A stretch of DNA of 64,000 nucleotides. Origin: Eledone cirrhosa (Eukaryota). Every line of letters begins with the position of its first letter. The stretch's first letter is position 1. The translations under genes were made by a program, and so were the position numbers. Below are positions 19,337 to 32,642 of this stretch, piece by piece. The DNA lies in NCBI GenBank assembly GCA_964016885.1, contig OZ024740.1:30690001-30754000 (forward strand). The letters are read 5' to 3'. Under the pieces are notes generated by a model. That model was not told the origin of the DNA. It saw nothing but the letters and a program-made list of their open reading frames with translations, and made no database searches.

Positions 19337-19442
19337 AAATAGCCGTCGGGTCATACTCGTTCCTATTACCCACTCTACTACCCTAAGTATTGAGTACTTT
19401 GGTGCGTTATGGTCCATCTGGTTCCTTACCACATTTCCTTCG

Positions 19443-19446
<4 letters not shown>
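19337..19446 (+). mobile_element. F2 fragment, opposite orientation
   Basis: Reverse complement of ~88-195, with internal deletion. Confidence 0.7.
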
Positions 19447-19526
<80 letters not shown>

Positions 19527-19636
19527 ATATATATACATATATATACATATATATATATATATATGCACACATATGTATATACACACATATATATAGACAC
19601 ACATACATATATGTGAATATTATATATATATATATA

Positions 19637-19708
<72 letters not shown>

Positions 19709-19773
19709 TCACACACACATACATATATGTAAAGATTATATATATATAAATATATATATACAAATATCATATA

Positions 19774-19879
<106 letters not shown>

Positions 19880-19977
19880 TATTTATATGTAAGTATGCAT
19901 GTATAGTGCCATACTAAGAGTGAGAAATGAAATTTCGTTTTCATTTTGTTTCAATTATATTTATATATATATATATA

Positions 19978-20540
19978 TTAGAAAGTGAGGGTTTTTTTAC
20001 AAAATGAAAAATAACCGAGGTGTCCAACACGAGTGAAAGTATAAAGAAAAAGAGATGAAATCGAAAATGCAACTGAAGTCTTATTTTTTAAAAAAATATA
20101 TATATTTATTTGGTTCCTTTACCGGTTTCGCAGTTCTTCTGCTTTTCAAAAGGTGAGTTGAGATGGAGGGTCTGTGGTTTTTCTCACATCTGGTTGGTCT
20201 CTGAATGTTACTTGTTTTATATGGAAAAAGTGGCTCGAAATTCCAGGTTTTTCGAGAAGTAATTTGATTGGTTTGTCAATAATTATAATAAATTTCGCGC
20301 CAGTTCGCGTTACAATAGTTCTTCAAATAAGAGAGGGGAGAGGGGTTGTCACAGGTTCTTTTTTCATATATGAGTGTTTGAATTTCTTTTTACTTGAAAA
20401 AATGAGGCTCACGAAGGCCTTTTTTTGGTTGGTTATAAATGAAATTTGGCTGTCACGTGAACAAGTTTTTATTACATTTTTGCGCCCTTATTTGGAAAAC
20501 TATTCTGTAGTCTTTATAGTGAATGTTATGACAATGGAGA
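19978..20540. repeat. Dispersed (TA)n-anchored repeat family F3
   Basis: Copies at 27053-27300 and, as an inverted pair, at 42822-43567. Confidence 0.8.
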
Positions 20541-20677
20541 GATAGTGGTCAAGAGAAAAGGGATTGGGAGAAATGTTCTGGTTCAGTGAATATGGCCAGC
20601 TGTCAGAGTTCAGGTGTCAGAGTTCAGATTTTCTATTGAGACTGAAGATATGTATGTTTATTTGTGTGCTTGTGTGT

Positions 20678-20719
<42 letters not shown>

Positions 20720-21075
20720 TGGAAGATGATTCTATTAGTAGAGATTGGGGAGGGAGTTGTGTGTGTGTGTATATGGGTGTTATGTGTGTGTGTGCGAGTA
20801 TGTTAAGATGGAGAGAATATATATTTTGTGTGTGTGTATATATATATATGTGTGTAGGAAAGTGGTTCTATTAGTAGAAATGGGGAGGGAGTTGTAGGTG
20901 TGGGGGTTGTTATGTGTGTGTATGGGTGTTATGTGTGTGGGAGTATGGTTAGCATGTTAAGATGAAGAGAATATATATATATATATTGTGTGTGTGTGTA
21001 TTTGTGTGTGTAGGAAAGTGATTCCTTTAGTAGGAATATTTTTTAATGAACATATTTTCCTTACTTTTTCGTTTT

Positions 21076-21125
<50 letters not shown>

Positions 21126-21129
<4 letters not shown>

Positions 21130-21268
21130 CGAAGGAAATGTGGTAAGGAACCAGATGGACCATAACGCACCAAAGTACTCAATACTTAGGGTAGTAGAGT
21201 GGGTAATATGAACGAGTAGGACCCCGACGGCTGTGCTCAAGCCGTTTCGACGGCTAATTCTGGACTAA
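21126..21268 (-). mobile_element. F2 copy
   Basis: AACGAAGGAAATGTGGTAAGG...CTGGACTA. Confidence 0.75.
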
Positions 21269-21325
21269 AAATTATTAATATTAATTCAAAATATTAACAA
21301 AATAGATATTCTTGTGATCAATTAT

Positions 21326-21402
21326 ATTTTATTATACATATTTCAGAGGCACTGAGTTAAGTTTAACAGTAAGTTTAACAGTACGTCCTCATCAGATAAA
21401 AT
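21326..21402 (-). ncRNA. Type I hammerhead ribozyme (mirror, 12-nt duplication in loop II)
   Basis: Reverse complement of 21418-21482 with 2 substitutions and a small duplication. Confidence 0.65.
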
Positions 21403-21417
21403 AGGATGCATCATCCT

Positions 21418-21482
21418 ATTTTATCTGATGAGGTCGTACTGTTAAACTTAACTCAGTACCTCTGAAATATGTATAATAAAAT
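21418..21482 (+). ncRNA. Type I hammerhead ribozyme
   Basis: ATTTTAT-CTGATGA-[GGTCGTACTG..CAGTACCTCT]-GAAA-TATGTA-TA-ATAAAAT; weak A/U stem III. Confidence 0.7.
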
Positions 21483-21634
21483 ATAATTGATCACAAGAAT
21501 ATCTATTTTGTTAATATTTTGAATTAATATTAATAACTCTGGAAAACAGACTGTTGAGTGGTTCCAATCTATTGTAAAACTCATTCTTTGATATATTCAT
21601 TGAACCTTGTTTAACTTTTAAATATATATATATA

Positions 21635-21920
<286 letters not shown>

Positions 21921-21937
21921 ATATATATATATATATA

Positions 21938-22033
<96 letters not shown>

Positions 22034-22074
22034 TTAAAACAATGATATAAAAATTCAAGTCATTAGAAATATAC

Positions 22075-22220
22075 TTCACTGCTTTACGATCGTTTCTAGG
22101 TAATAATAATACATCGTGCGCATATTTCGTTATCAATCTATGTAGGGTTAGTTACAAAATATCAAATAAGGAATATATTTACCTACATGTATATCATCAG
22201 CCGTTGTCAAAAGCAATGAA
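22075..22220 (-). ncRNA. Long-stem-II hammerhead with U3-A8 core variant, 3' end of PLE C
   Basis: TTCATTGCTT-TTGACAA-CGG...CCTA-GAAA-CGATCG-TA-AAGCAGTGAA; stem I covaries with the B copy. Confidence 0.7.
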
Positions 22221-22950
22221 AATTTATTCAAAATCAATAGTAAATTGAATTCTATGACCTTATTTGGAGGTAACTGAAGAACAACAAATCAAATTGTTTT
22301 TTGCCATATGATGTTAAGATGAAATATAACTCACTTTAGTTGAGGTCATGACCCTTTGAAAGGAATGGTTGAATGGTGTTAAAAATAGAATTACTATAAA
22401 GAACCTATGAAGAAAAGGGATTGTTATATTGATATTGGAATGTAGATGGTGGAGTGAAGTTTAGAAAGGAATGTAAAAATAAATGTTGAGTTGTGTTGTA
22501 TGGAGTTTTTAGGTGAATATAAATAAGTATATATAAAATATACAGAAATAACTGGGAAAAATATAGATAGGTATAGTAATGGTCATAACTAGGACGGATA
22601 GTATATTAAAAGATGAAAATTATAATAAGATAATAAATATAATAATATAATAATATAATATAATGTAATATAATATAGTACAGTATGATACATTGTATAT
22701 AGTATAATGTAGCGTATGATGTATCATAAAATATAAAATAGTAAATATTTTCAAATGGGTCAATGTATAAGTAATCAATCCCAGATAAATGCATGTTGAC
22801 ATATAGTCAAAGCGCATAATTTTCTTAGATCACAAAAGTAAATATATTCACATATATAGATAGAGGTGTAATTACATTGATACTCCATTAAAAGCATACA
22901 TACGCATAGATAGATATAGACATATACATACACATACACAAACGCACACA

Positions 22951-22995
<45 letters not shown>

Positions 22996-23000
<5 letters not shown>

Positions 23001-23176
23001 TCTACTATTGGCACAAGGCCAGAAATTACCCAGTACATTACTGGTACTTTATTTTATCGACCCCGTAAGGATGAAAGGCAAAGTTAACCTCGGCGGGATT
23101 TGAACTCAGAATGGCAATGGTCGTAACTCTATGCGTCAAAGCATGGCGTCCGACCCTCTACCGATACTGCCAATCC
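22996..23176 (-). mobile_element. tRNA-derived SINE (octopus-type)
   Basis: B-box GAGTTCAAATCC, core TTTGCCTTTCATCCTTACGGGGTCGATAAAATAAA..GTACCAGT; multiple copies in window. Confidence 0.8.
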
Positions 23177-23514
23177 ACTATATATAGATAGATAAATATA
23201 CACGGGTGTGTATGATTGTGTATAGAAGATTATATTAATAAGAGGAATTCCAACTTTGTCTGATTTACTCGTTTTATTTACAATCCTTTAAAATTTATAA
23301 TGATATTATAATGAAATAGTATGCTAGAATATTAAATGTTAAGTGTTAATTGAACAAGTACTGTCATGCTTTCGCAATCTTCAGGTTAATAATGTGTGGT
23401 GACAGTGAAGTTTGCAATTTTCAACAGTTGAAAATTGCAAACTTCACTGTCAAGTACACACACATAGATGTGCATACACACACATAAACATATACACATA
23501 TATATATGTACACA

Positions 23515-23585
<71 letters not shown>

Positions 23586-26197
23586 TCTTATCATACATAC
23601 ATAGATACATGTATACCCATGCAATTACAGGTGGTTATGTACCTTGATGCCCTTAGTCAGTAACACATGAATCTATGGAAGCTAAAAAAATTAAAAGGTT
23701 AAAAAATAAAAAAATAAACAGGAAGGCATATAATTAGAGGAAAGGGATACTAACAAATGGTACGTCACATAGCTCTATAGTGAGTTGTTATTTAGAGTGT
23801 TTAATTAGGTTTATAGTACTTAAATGCTTTTCTTATACGGTGATTACAAGCTATAATCAGTTCCTGTCTTTTATTCAATAAATCGTCCTTAGATTTAGTC
23901 ATTTCCAAGATCTCCCCGGAACATAATCTGCATTTTCTTCTGTTCCCAAGATATGGAGTTCTTTGCAGAATGGTATCCCACGATAGCTTGACATCTATTT
24001 TTTTTTCTTTTTATAGTTATTTACTGCTTCAGCTGAAGATGTGGTGTTAGCTAGTTTAGTATTGTTAAAGCTATTGGAGTGTGCATAATATCTTTTCTTA
24101 AATGTGTTCGATGTAGATCCTATATATGATTTGTTTGAGTCAGTAGTAGACACAGTGCATTTATATATTACATTATTAATCAAACAGTTGCCATTTAAGG
24201 GGCAAGCGCTTCTATTTCTGCAATTACAACCATACGTAAGATGGTTGTTGGGGGTACCTATATAATTCTCATTAATCCTTGAGCTATTTTTATTGTAATT
24301 AATGTTAGAGAGAGAATGAGTGCTGCTTTGTGGGTGATTTAGTGCAGGGGTTGTATTGTGATTTTGTGTTATGTTGTTTTTGTGTTGGTGATTTGGGTGG
24401 TTGTGTTTTCCAGGTTGAGGGATTGTATTATTTGTCTTTTTAAAAGATGCAGTCTTATTTAAATTATGTTGTGGTGATGTGGTCATATTATTTTTAAATT
24501 TATAAATGTTGTAGCTGCTTATTTTTTGCTGGAGATTGTTTGATGTAGAGTATGAGAATTTAATAGTATACCTGTTAAATATTTGGTGGTATCTGTGGTT
24601 TGGTGGAAAATGTTTATGTAGAATTTCGAAGAATTTTGGGGGGATTTGTCCAATAGTTTGCAGGTTGAAGGGTGCGTTGTACCATGGTATGTTTCATTTG
24701 CGGTTTTTAGTTAAGTTCTTATTCACACTTATATGAATGTGCTGTGTTCTAGAAAAGTTCTTATGGTTAGTATTTGTATTCGTGGAATTTTGTAAATTGC
24801 AGTGATTGTATTTGGTGTTATTATTGGGTAGATTATGAGAGGTTGAATGCTTGGTAGTCATATGTGAGTTGTTAACATTGGTCATAGATCGTGTAGTAAT
24901 AGTTGTTGTGGTTTTTCGGTTGTTTGATGTGATAGGAATGACCCCATTAGGCATTTGTTTCGATGGTATTTTTTGGTGTTTGTAGTTTTTGCTAGGTTTT
25001 GTAGTATGGTCCATAATAGTGTTGGGGATATATGAAATTTTTTATTTATATCCACTTCTAGTTAGGGCCTCGTTGTAGAAGGGTGCATTTTTATAAAATA
25101 TATCCTCATTGGAAGATAATTTAGAAAGTCTAAGAGATATGTTATATACTAAGTTTTTGAGTATAGAGCCAGGGTGGTTAGAGCATGAATGTACATAGTG
25201 TAGATTCTGGTCGGGTTTGTGGTAAGGTTGATAAATATTAGTAGAGAGGTCTAAGGTAACGTCAAGGAAGTTAGCTACTTTTGAGGTGTTTTCAAAGGTG
25301 ATGTTAAGGTTGTAATAGTCCTTGAGGAATTTTCTAATTTGTTTTTTTTTTGTTTTTCTCTATATTAGAATTGCTAAGATTGTTAGATATCAATAGACAA
25401 TCATCCCGATAAAGACCACCTTTAAGGTGGGGAAAAAAGGAATGAATATTATAGAGGAGAAATAGTCCAACGAAGTCCGTAACTTGAGCAGAGTCCATGG
25501 ATCCCATCGTTATATCGAATAAGTTGTTATATGTGTTTCTTGTCCAGTGTTCTTGGAAGTTTAGTAAGGTCTTTCTAGCGTGAGTTATGATGTTGATTTC
25601 CTCAGTAGATAAATCCGATCTATTTCTGGCAAAGATCAGTGCTTTGTTTAAGAGAATTGGAGAAATCAAAAAATAGTAAGAATCGATGTCGAATTGTATG
25701 AATGAAGCTGAGTTTTTATTCTCGATGTTAGTGAACCATTCAATAACCTGGGAAGTGTTATCCCATAATGGAAGTGTTACAAATTTTCTAATCTGTGGAA
25801 TGATTCGATCAATAATTTTCTTGCTGATAGTATCAATATCAGATTTTGATGGGCATATCAATCTAATGGATGGGTTCGAATTAAAGTCATATTTGTGGTC
25901 CTTCAGGTTGAAGTGCGGGCTTTTAGGTGTGAAAGGCTCCGTCCTATCTTCAATATGGAGTTTTTTTTACTATAACACATGATATGTTGTTCAAGGATGT
26001 CAGTGCGGTGGTGCTGGTTTTCTTATAATTTTTTCTAAGTTCTTTATAAACGAACTGGTTATATTTATCGATGTCCATATGGTACAGATTACCAGTTTTG
26101 TCAGAATGGACATGGACCTTGTTTGAATTTTTCAGTTGCAGAAGGGTAAAGTCTAATCCCTTTTGGAATTCAGATTTATGTTTCCTGAACTTTATGT

Positions 26198-26541
26198 ATG
26201 CAGAATAGACCCCACAACTAAGCGTGGATATTTCTGTGCATCTTGCTCCTTCAATATATTTTTTCATAATTGTCTCCACTTCTGTGATTATAATATTTAG
26301 TCGAGCTCTTCTTTTATCTAATTCCTGCATCACAATGGAAAAACAATATTTGGGTACTTCGTTGAAGAATATTCCGATTCCACCTAAAGATTTCATTGTT
26401 TTAACTTATAACATGACTCTGTTTTCCTTTTGATGTTCTATTGTTTTCCGGGATTTATTTTAACCTACAACATTTTCAACATGTGGATTACATTGAGTTC
26501 TTCATGCAGAATAGATCCCACAACTAACCGTGGATATTTTT
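26198..26541 (+). mobile_element. Inverted 5' cap of PLE C: pLTR end + 5'UTR + ORF start (ATG 26335) + second pLTR piece
   Basis: MEKQYLGTSLKNIPIPPK is homologous to the A N-terminus MEKYYIGMSLKNIPIPRR; 26198-26240 repeats at 26503-26541; 26393-26410 matches the C 3' terminus. Confidence 0.75.
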
Positions 26542-26565
26542 GTATATATATATATATATATATAA

Positions 26566-26638
<73 letters not shown>

Positions 26639-26747
26639 TGTATATATGTATAAATATTATATATTTATAATACTTATACATACATACGACTGCGAGTACA
26701 AAACTCCCTCCTGGATAGGACGCCAGCTGAGTATACTGGAGCAACGT

Positions 26748-26803
26748 GAAATAGCCGTCGAAACGGCTTGAGCTCTGCCGTCGGGGTCCTGAACCTTTTC
26801 CTA
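26748..26803 (+). mobile_element. F2 fragment joined to an inverted SINE piece
   Basis: AAATAGCCGTCGAAACGGCTTGAGCTCTGCCGTCGGGGTCC. Confidence 0.65.
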
Positions 26804-26828
26804 TATACATATATATATTTATATATAT

Positions 26829-26946
26829 GGAGGTACGTGGCCTAGCGGTAAGAGTGTTGGACTTACGATCGTAATGTCGTGGGTTCGATTCCTGGGTTGT
26901 ATGTTGTGTTCTTGAGTAAAACACTTCATTTCACGTTGCTCCAGTA
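26829..26946 (+). mobile_element. tRNA-derived SINE head (second family)
   Basis: A box TGGCCTAGCGG, B box GGTTCGATTCC; related to 44580-44797. Confidence 0.7.
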
Positions 26947-26968
26947 TACATATATTTATATATATATG

Positions 26969-27023
<55 letters not shown>

Positions 27024-27029
27024 ACATAT

Positions 27030-27052
<23 letters not shown>

Positions 27053-27060
<8 letters not shown>

Positions 27061-27300
27061 GTGAGGTTTTTTTACAAAATGAAAAATAACCGAGGTGTCC
27101 TACACGAGTGAAAGTATAGAGAAAAAAAGATGAAATTGAAAATGCAACTGGAGTTTTATTTTTTTTTAAATATATATATTTATTTGGTTCCTTTACCGAT
27201 TTCGCAGTTCTTCTGCTTTTCAAAAGTAGAGTTGAGATGGAGGGTCTGGGGTTTTTCTCACATCTGATGTGAGAAAAACCACAGACCTTCCATCTCAACT
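27053..27300. repeat. F3 copy with short fold-back (27255-27300)
   Basis: Matches 19978-20192, then inverts. Confidence 0.75.
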
Positions 27301-27627
27301 AGATCTCCCGGTAGATAACCCCCTTTAACTACTTCCTTGGAGTCGACTGAAGAACTGCAGTGCAATGCAACACAACGTCATAACTTCTGGAGTTCGCAAC
27401 CGATTTTCACAAAACTTGACACATGGGCTACGTTTGTCCTACAGATGAATGTGAACTACAGAATTGGCACATATTGAGTAGGGGACCCCTGGGGGCAGGA
27501 ACCCTCTTTTGGAAAAAGCCGATGATTTTGTAAAAGTATAGTTTTCGAAGTAGCACTGAAGTATTAACATAAATGGTATACACAACTGCTATTTAATACC
27601 CGAGCAACGCCGGGTACCTCTGCTAGT
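27301..27627 (+). mobile_element. Non-autonomous Helitron-like 3' portion
   Basis: Subterminal hairpin ACCCGAGCAACGCCGGGT followed by CTAG|T. Confidence 0.55.
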
Positions 27628-28159
27628 CTACTATATAAATATTATATTAGTGTAGATGTTCCTATCATTGGTGAAGTTATATTTACTGTTATGTTACATG
27701 TAAACTGAAGATTGTTGTTGTAAGTTAACCCTTTTCATACCAAACTGCCTGAAGTTGCCCTTCTTTAATACAAAGTAAAGTATTTATACTTATCTTAAAC
27801 CCCTCCGTCATAAAATTAGGTAAGACCTTTGTTAAGTTATGTTCCAAACATCAACTGAATAATGAGACATTTAAATACTTCCAAATTCTTGATTGTGTTC
27901 ATAATTAATTGAAAATAATAGGCATGACATTAACTAAAAACTGTTGCCACAAATTAACTAGATTCTATTGTTACAAGCTAACTTGACACGAATATAAGAA
28001 TGAGGAAAAGACATCATCCATTAACTCATTTATTTGCTAACATTCTACCTTCTTGTGTGTCCCTCTCCATGCACCCCCTTCTTTTCTCTCTTGTCTTCTG
28101 ACGCCTCTATATCTGATGTAGGTGAGCTATGAGGCCCTCTTACCAGCACTTTCCCTTCC

Positions 28160-30895
28160 ACCTACACACGCCAGCCACTCACCCCCGATGCCGCGCTGTG
28201 CCCCAGTCCCTGGCCACTAACCCCATCCTCCATCCCCTGAAGCCAACACCTGCAGCACTTACAGCACCACTAACAGACGGAAGAGGGGCCGGAACTGTTC
28301 GGGGTGCGGCTGCTTCCACCTCCTCACCTGTGTTGGCTTGACACGTCGAGCCTCCAGTGCACTCGCCAGGTGAAGATGCAGGAACTGCCTCTTCCCCTTG
28401 TCTTCCAAGCGTGCCCAGGGACGCCACACACCCCACCCTCGGGTACCCCCAATCCTCCACCCCTGAGGCCAGCGTCAAGCATTTGCGCGACCGCGTAAAT
28501 GCTAAATTAATCATGGGTGATGTCTCGGCCGCAGTCAGTGTGGTTGCCTCAGAGGACACTGTCCTCCAACCCACCGAGGGGGTCCTGATTTCCCTGTGAC
28601 TCAAGCACCCTGAGCCACCTGCTGATCTCAGACCCATACTCCAACCCGACCCCCACTTGCTCTTTGTGGCTTCTGATGCAGACATCATGTCCGCCATCAG
28701 GTCCTTCCCAGCTAGCAGCAGCGGAGGTGTTGATGGTCTCCGCCCAGGCCACCTCAAGGAGCTCCTATACCCCTCTCCGTTGAGGCCGGGCGCCGCCTTC
28801 TGAGTGCAATTGTGACGCTCACCAATAGGCTCATCCATGGCACCCTAGACCCTTACGCCCGAGGCCTGTTTTTTTCGGCTAGCCTCACCGCTCTCAGGAA
28901 GAAAGAGAGTGGCATACGCCCCATCGTCGTGGGCAACATCTTCCGGAGGTTGGCTGCCGAGGTGGTCTGCAGGTCCATAACACTCGAACTGGGTAAGGAG
29001 TTCAGTCCGGTGCAACTGGGTGTCAGCGTGTCCGGTGGCTGTGAGGGAGCCGCACATGCAACCAGGCAGTTCTTCAACAGCTGCCCACCGGAACTGGCAT
29101 CCTGGGACTCCAGGCACCTCATTGTCAAGCTTGACATGAGGAATGCCTTCAACTGCTTACGCCTGGACCATCTGCTCGAAGACTGCCTCAGCCAGGCCCC
29201 CTCTTCCTACCCGCTGGCCCTCCTGTCGTATGGAGCCCCGAGCATGCTCCTTGCTGCTGATACGATCAGACCTTCGGCCACTGGGGTCCAACAGGGCGAC
29301 CCTTTGGAACCCCTAATGTTTGCCCTTGGTATAGACCACATCGCACGGAGTATCACGGCTCCTCTCAACGTTAGGTATCTGGATGATGCTACGTTGGGCG
29401 GGCCCGTACTGACCGTCTGCCATGACCTACAATCGGTGGTTCCTTCCCCGGCAGGAATCGGCCTCCAGGTCAACTCGGCCAAGTCAGAGGTGGTGAATGT
29501 TAGTCACGGTGCTGAGAGTTTTGCAGCCTCCGTCTCGGACGTGCGGTCCATTCTCCACCAGGTACAGGTGACCACCAAAGAGGATGTTCTCATCCTCAGG
29601 TCACCGATCCACCCACCGGCCACCAGCTCCACTATCAGGTCCAGGCTTCAACAATCCAGACTCTCACGAGCTGACTGGGCCTGATCAATGGCCACCCAGC
29701 CCTCTTTCTATTGAGGAACTGCTTCGCCATGCCGAAGTTCCGCTATACCCTTCGCAGCGCTCCGTGCTACACTCACACATCTCTCCTCACTGACCTCGAT
29801 ACTTGTATCCGAGAAGCAGCCGAGGAGATATGCAACGTCAAGTTTGACGACATTGGCTGGCAACAGGCCACTTTACCTGTCAGGTATGGCGGCCTTGGTC
29901 ACCGATCTCACTGGCTTTTCCGGCGTATCTTTCGTCGGTAACCTCGTGTCACGTCCACGTCAGCAGGTTTCTGCTAAACACAATAGAACCCTATGTGTTC
30001 AGGGAACGTGAGGCCGCCTGTGAGACGTGGGACCGGCTGGGACTTAGCCCAGTAGACGTTCCTCCTCCTTCTCCCCCTGTTGGCGTAAAGTCCCCCCAAA
30101 GCACTTGGGATGCCATCCAGTGCAGCCTGGCCTCAGACAGGCTCACGCGCCAGCTCGACCAGCACCGCCTTGCCTGTTTTCGTGCGGCCTCCAAACCCCA
30201 CAGTGGTGCCTGGCTCCATGCCCTGCTCTCCTTCTCCACTGGCACGCAGCTAGACAATAATAGCCTGCGCATTGGCGTTTCCTTGAGGCTCGGCCTTCGG
30301 ATCTGCGAGCCACACCAATGTCGCTGCGGATTCACCGTGGACCCTTTCGACCTCCACCCGCTTTCCTGTCACCACAATGCCGGCCACCTTCCTCGCCATC
30401 CTGCTCTCAACGAAGTCATAAAGCATGGATTGGACGCTGCAGGCTTCCCTTCCCAGCTCGAGCCGGTGGAACTGGACCGAGGGGACGGCAAAAGGCCAGA
30501 TGGCATGGCCATCTTCCCGTTCCGCGGTGGGTGGCAAACCCCTCGTCTGGCATATCACTTGCACCGACACTTTCTGCAGCTGCAACCTGGTGCAGTCTGC
30601 GATTAACCCGGGTTCTGCTGCACATCGGGCTGAGGAGGCTAAAATCCTCAAATACCGGTCGCTCTCCGACAGGTTTGCAGTTGTACCCCTGGCAGTGGAG
30701 ACTTCTGGTGTCCTCGGCCCTAGGGCTACCTCCCTACTCACCACCATAGGCGCTGAGCTGGCCAGCCGCAGGTGTGAGCCCCGCGAGTTGGAGTGGCTTT
30801 TCCAGCGCGTCTCCCTTGCCGTCCTCCGGGGAAACGCCTTCTCCATTCTGACCGCCGGTGCTGTGGGGCGCCCCATCGCGTATCATTCCATATTT
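28160..30895 (+). mobile_element. CRE-clade (RLE) non-LTR retrotransposon, decayed
   Basis: GGVDGLRPGHL, GIRPIVVG, QLGV, KLDMRNAFN, GVQQGDPL, YLDD; CRCG..H..SC knuckle; KRPDG and AVETSGVLG restriction-like endonuclease; several frameshifts/stops. Confidence 0.88.
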
Positions 30896-30917
30896 AATTA
30901 TGGTCGGTATGTGTATG

Positions 30918-31033
<116 letters not shown>

Positions 31034-32106
31034 TTACGGTTTTCTACACTTTGGAGCCAGAGTCAGTGATCAGGCTGCTATTTTTAGCACATTCAGCACC
31101 TAATGACTTAATGCTTGAATTGTTAAATTTGTTAACACTATCTTTTCTAAAGTTTATTGTGTCTTTAGAAATAGTTATTTTGTATCATTGAAGTCACCGT
31201 TGAAGCAGTTAAAAAGGAATGTTGTGGCAAATATCATCATAAGGCATTACGACGTTTTTTGATATATAATTTATTTACAAAGATGAGAAGTTGAGTTAGC
31301 TGTGTTGACATGTCATAAGAAATAAAATAAAACAAATTAAGATGCTGTAAAAGAATACGCAGACCGGTGGCTAATATGGGGCCACGGCGCGGTAATTGTT
31401 TGATAGCTACATTTTGGAAAGTTTGTTGAGCAAAATCAAGAGATGTTTACCTTCATGGTATCGAGCGGCAAGAGAGATTTTCGAAGCGAAGCGGGAATTT
31501 TTCCCTTTCGGCGAAAGTTGAAATACATCTCCCTACGCTGGTAGCGATTGGCTGATCTGAGCCAAACAACGTACGGAGAATGTATTCAAGAGCCGTCAGA
31601 ATGTAGGTCACTACATGTCTTTGAAAAATTTTGCTTCATTATTTATTTTTTACAAGCAACTCAAGCATTACCACTTTAAAATAACTAAACACTCACCGTT
31701 TAAAAAATATTTCTACTTTTTAAAATTGATTTCGAACCATTTAACCTTTTAACTAGATATCATAAAGTCTTTGTTGATTACATATTGTAATCAGAAAATT
31801 TCATCAACACAGTCATAATGTACACCATCGAAAATATATCTGCAGAATATGCTTTATTAAAATAAAGTTATGAACAAATAAATTGGGAGTCACTAAACTC
31901 TATTTATGTAGTTTCATTTATATCGTGAAAGAAGTATAAAACAGATGTTGATGCTTTTCTTATGTATATGACATGACGGGAGAGACACCAGTGACAAAAC
32001 CTATCTATTAATTTTGAAAACAAAAATATACTATTTGATGTGTATGTGTATTTGTTTATACATAATAAGCAGTCTGTGTCATGACAAATAGTTTGGTGCA
32101 ATACTC

Positions 32107-32285
32107 AGTAAACGTCCTAACAATTAGTTATACATAATAAACAGTAAACGTTCCTAACAATTAGTTATACATAATAAACAGTAAACGTTCCTAACAATTA
32201 GTTATACATAATAAACAGTAAACGTTCCTAACAATTAGTTATACATAATAAACAGTAAACGTTCCAAACAATTGCAATAAACAGA
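32107..32285. repeat. 37-bp minisatellite, ~4.5 copies
   Basis: CAGTAAACGTTCCTAACAATTAGTTATACATAATAAA. Confidence 0.9.
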
Positions 32286-32365
32286 GAACGTCCACAGAAA
32301 TAGTTTAATGAGATAAATAACTTTCTTCATAAATAGTTATATGTAATAAACAATCGGTTTCTCAT

Positions 32366-32642
32366 AAACAGCGTATGTCTTAACAAACAGATGTAAGCAA
32401 CAGCGTATGTCTTAACAAACAGATGTAAGCAACAGCGTATGTCTTAACAAATAGATGTAAGCAACGGTGTATGTCTTAACAAACAGATGTAAGCAACGGT
32501 GTATGTCTTAACATACAGATGTAAGCAACGGCGTATGTCTTAACAAGCAGATGTAATAAACAATGTATGTCTAAACAAACCGATGTAACAAACATTGTAT
32601 GTTTTAACAAACAGATTTAATTAATAGTGTATGTCCTAACAA
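32366..32642. repeat. 32-bp minisatellite, ~8 copies
   Basis: AACAGCGTATGTCTTAACAAACAGATGTAAGC. Confidence 0.9.

Larger units (their letters stand above)
21272..21537. repeat. ~265-bp palindrome carrying two divergent hammerheads
   Basis: Arms are reverse complements around 21410. Confidence 0.9.
22031..26197 (-). mobile_element. Penelope-like element C (close relative of B), decayed; ORF ~26197-23801 with frameshifts
   Basis: SDKTGNLY, ICPSKSDI, FIQFDID, ITMGS, GGLYRDD, CNCRNRSACPL, VIY..YIG, ends YYKPN*. Confidence 0.92.

Noticed and set aside
26829-26900. tRNA gene
   Set aside because: A/B boxes continue into a SINE body repeated elsewhere; no clean cloverleaf
32107-32642. CRISPR-like 37- and 32-bp repeats
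   Set aside because: Head-to-tail with no unique spacers, eukaryotic context, no cas genes
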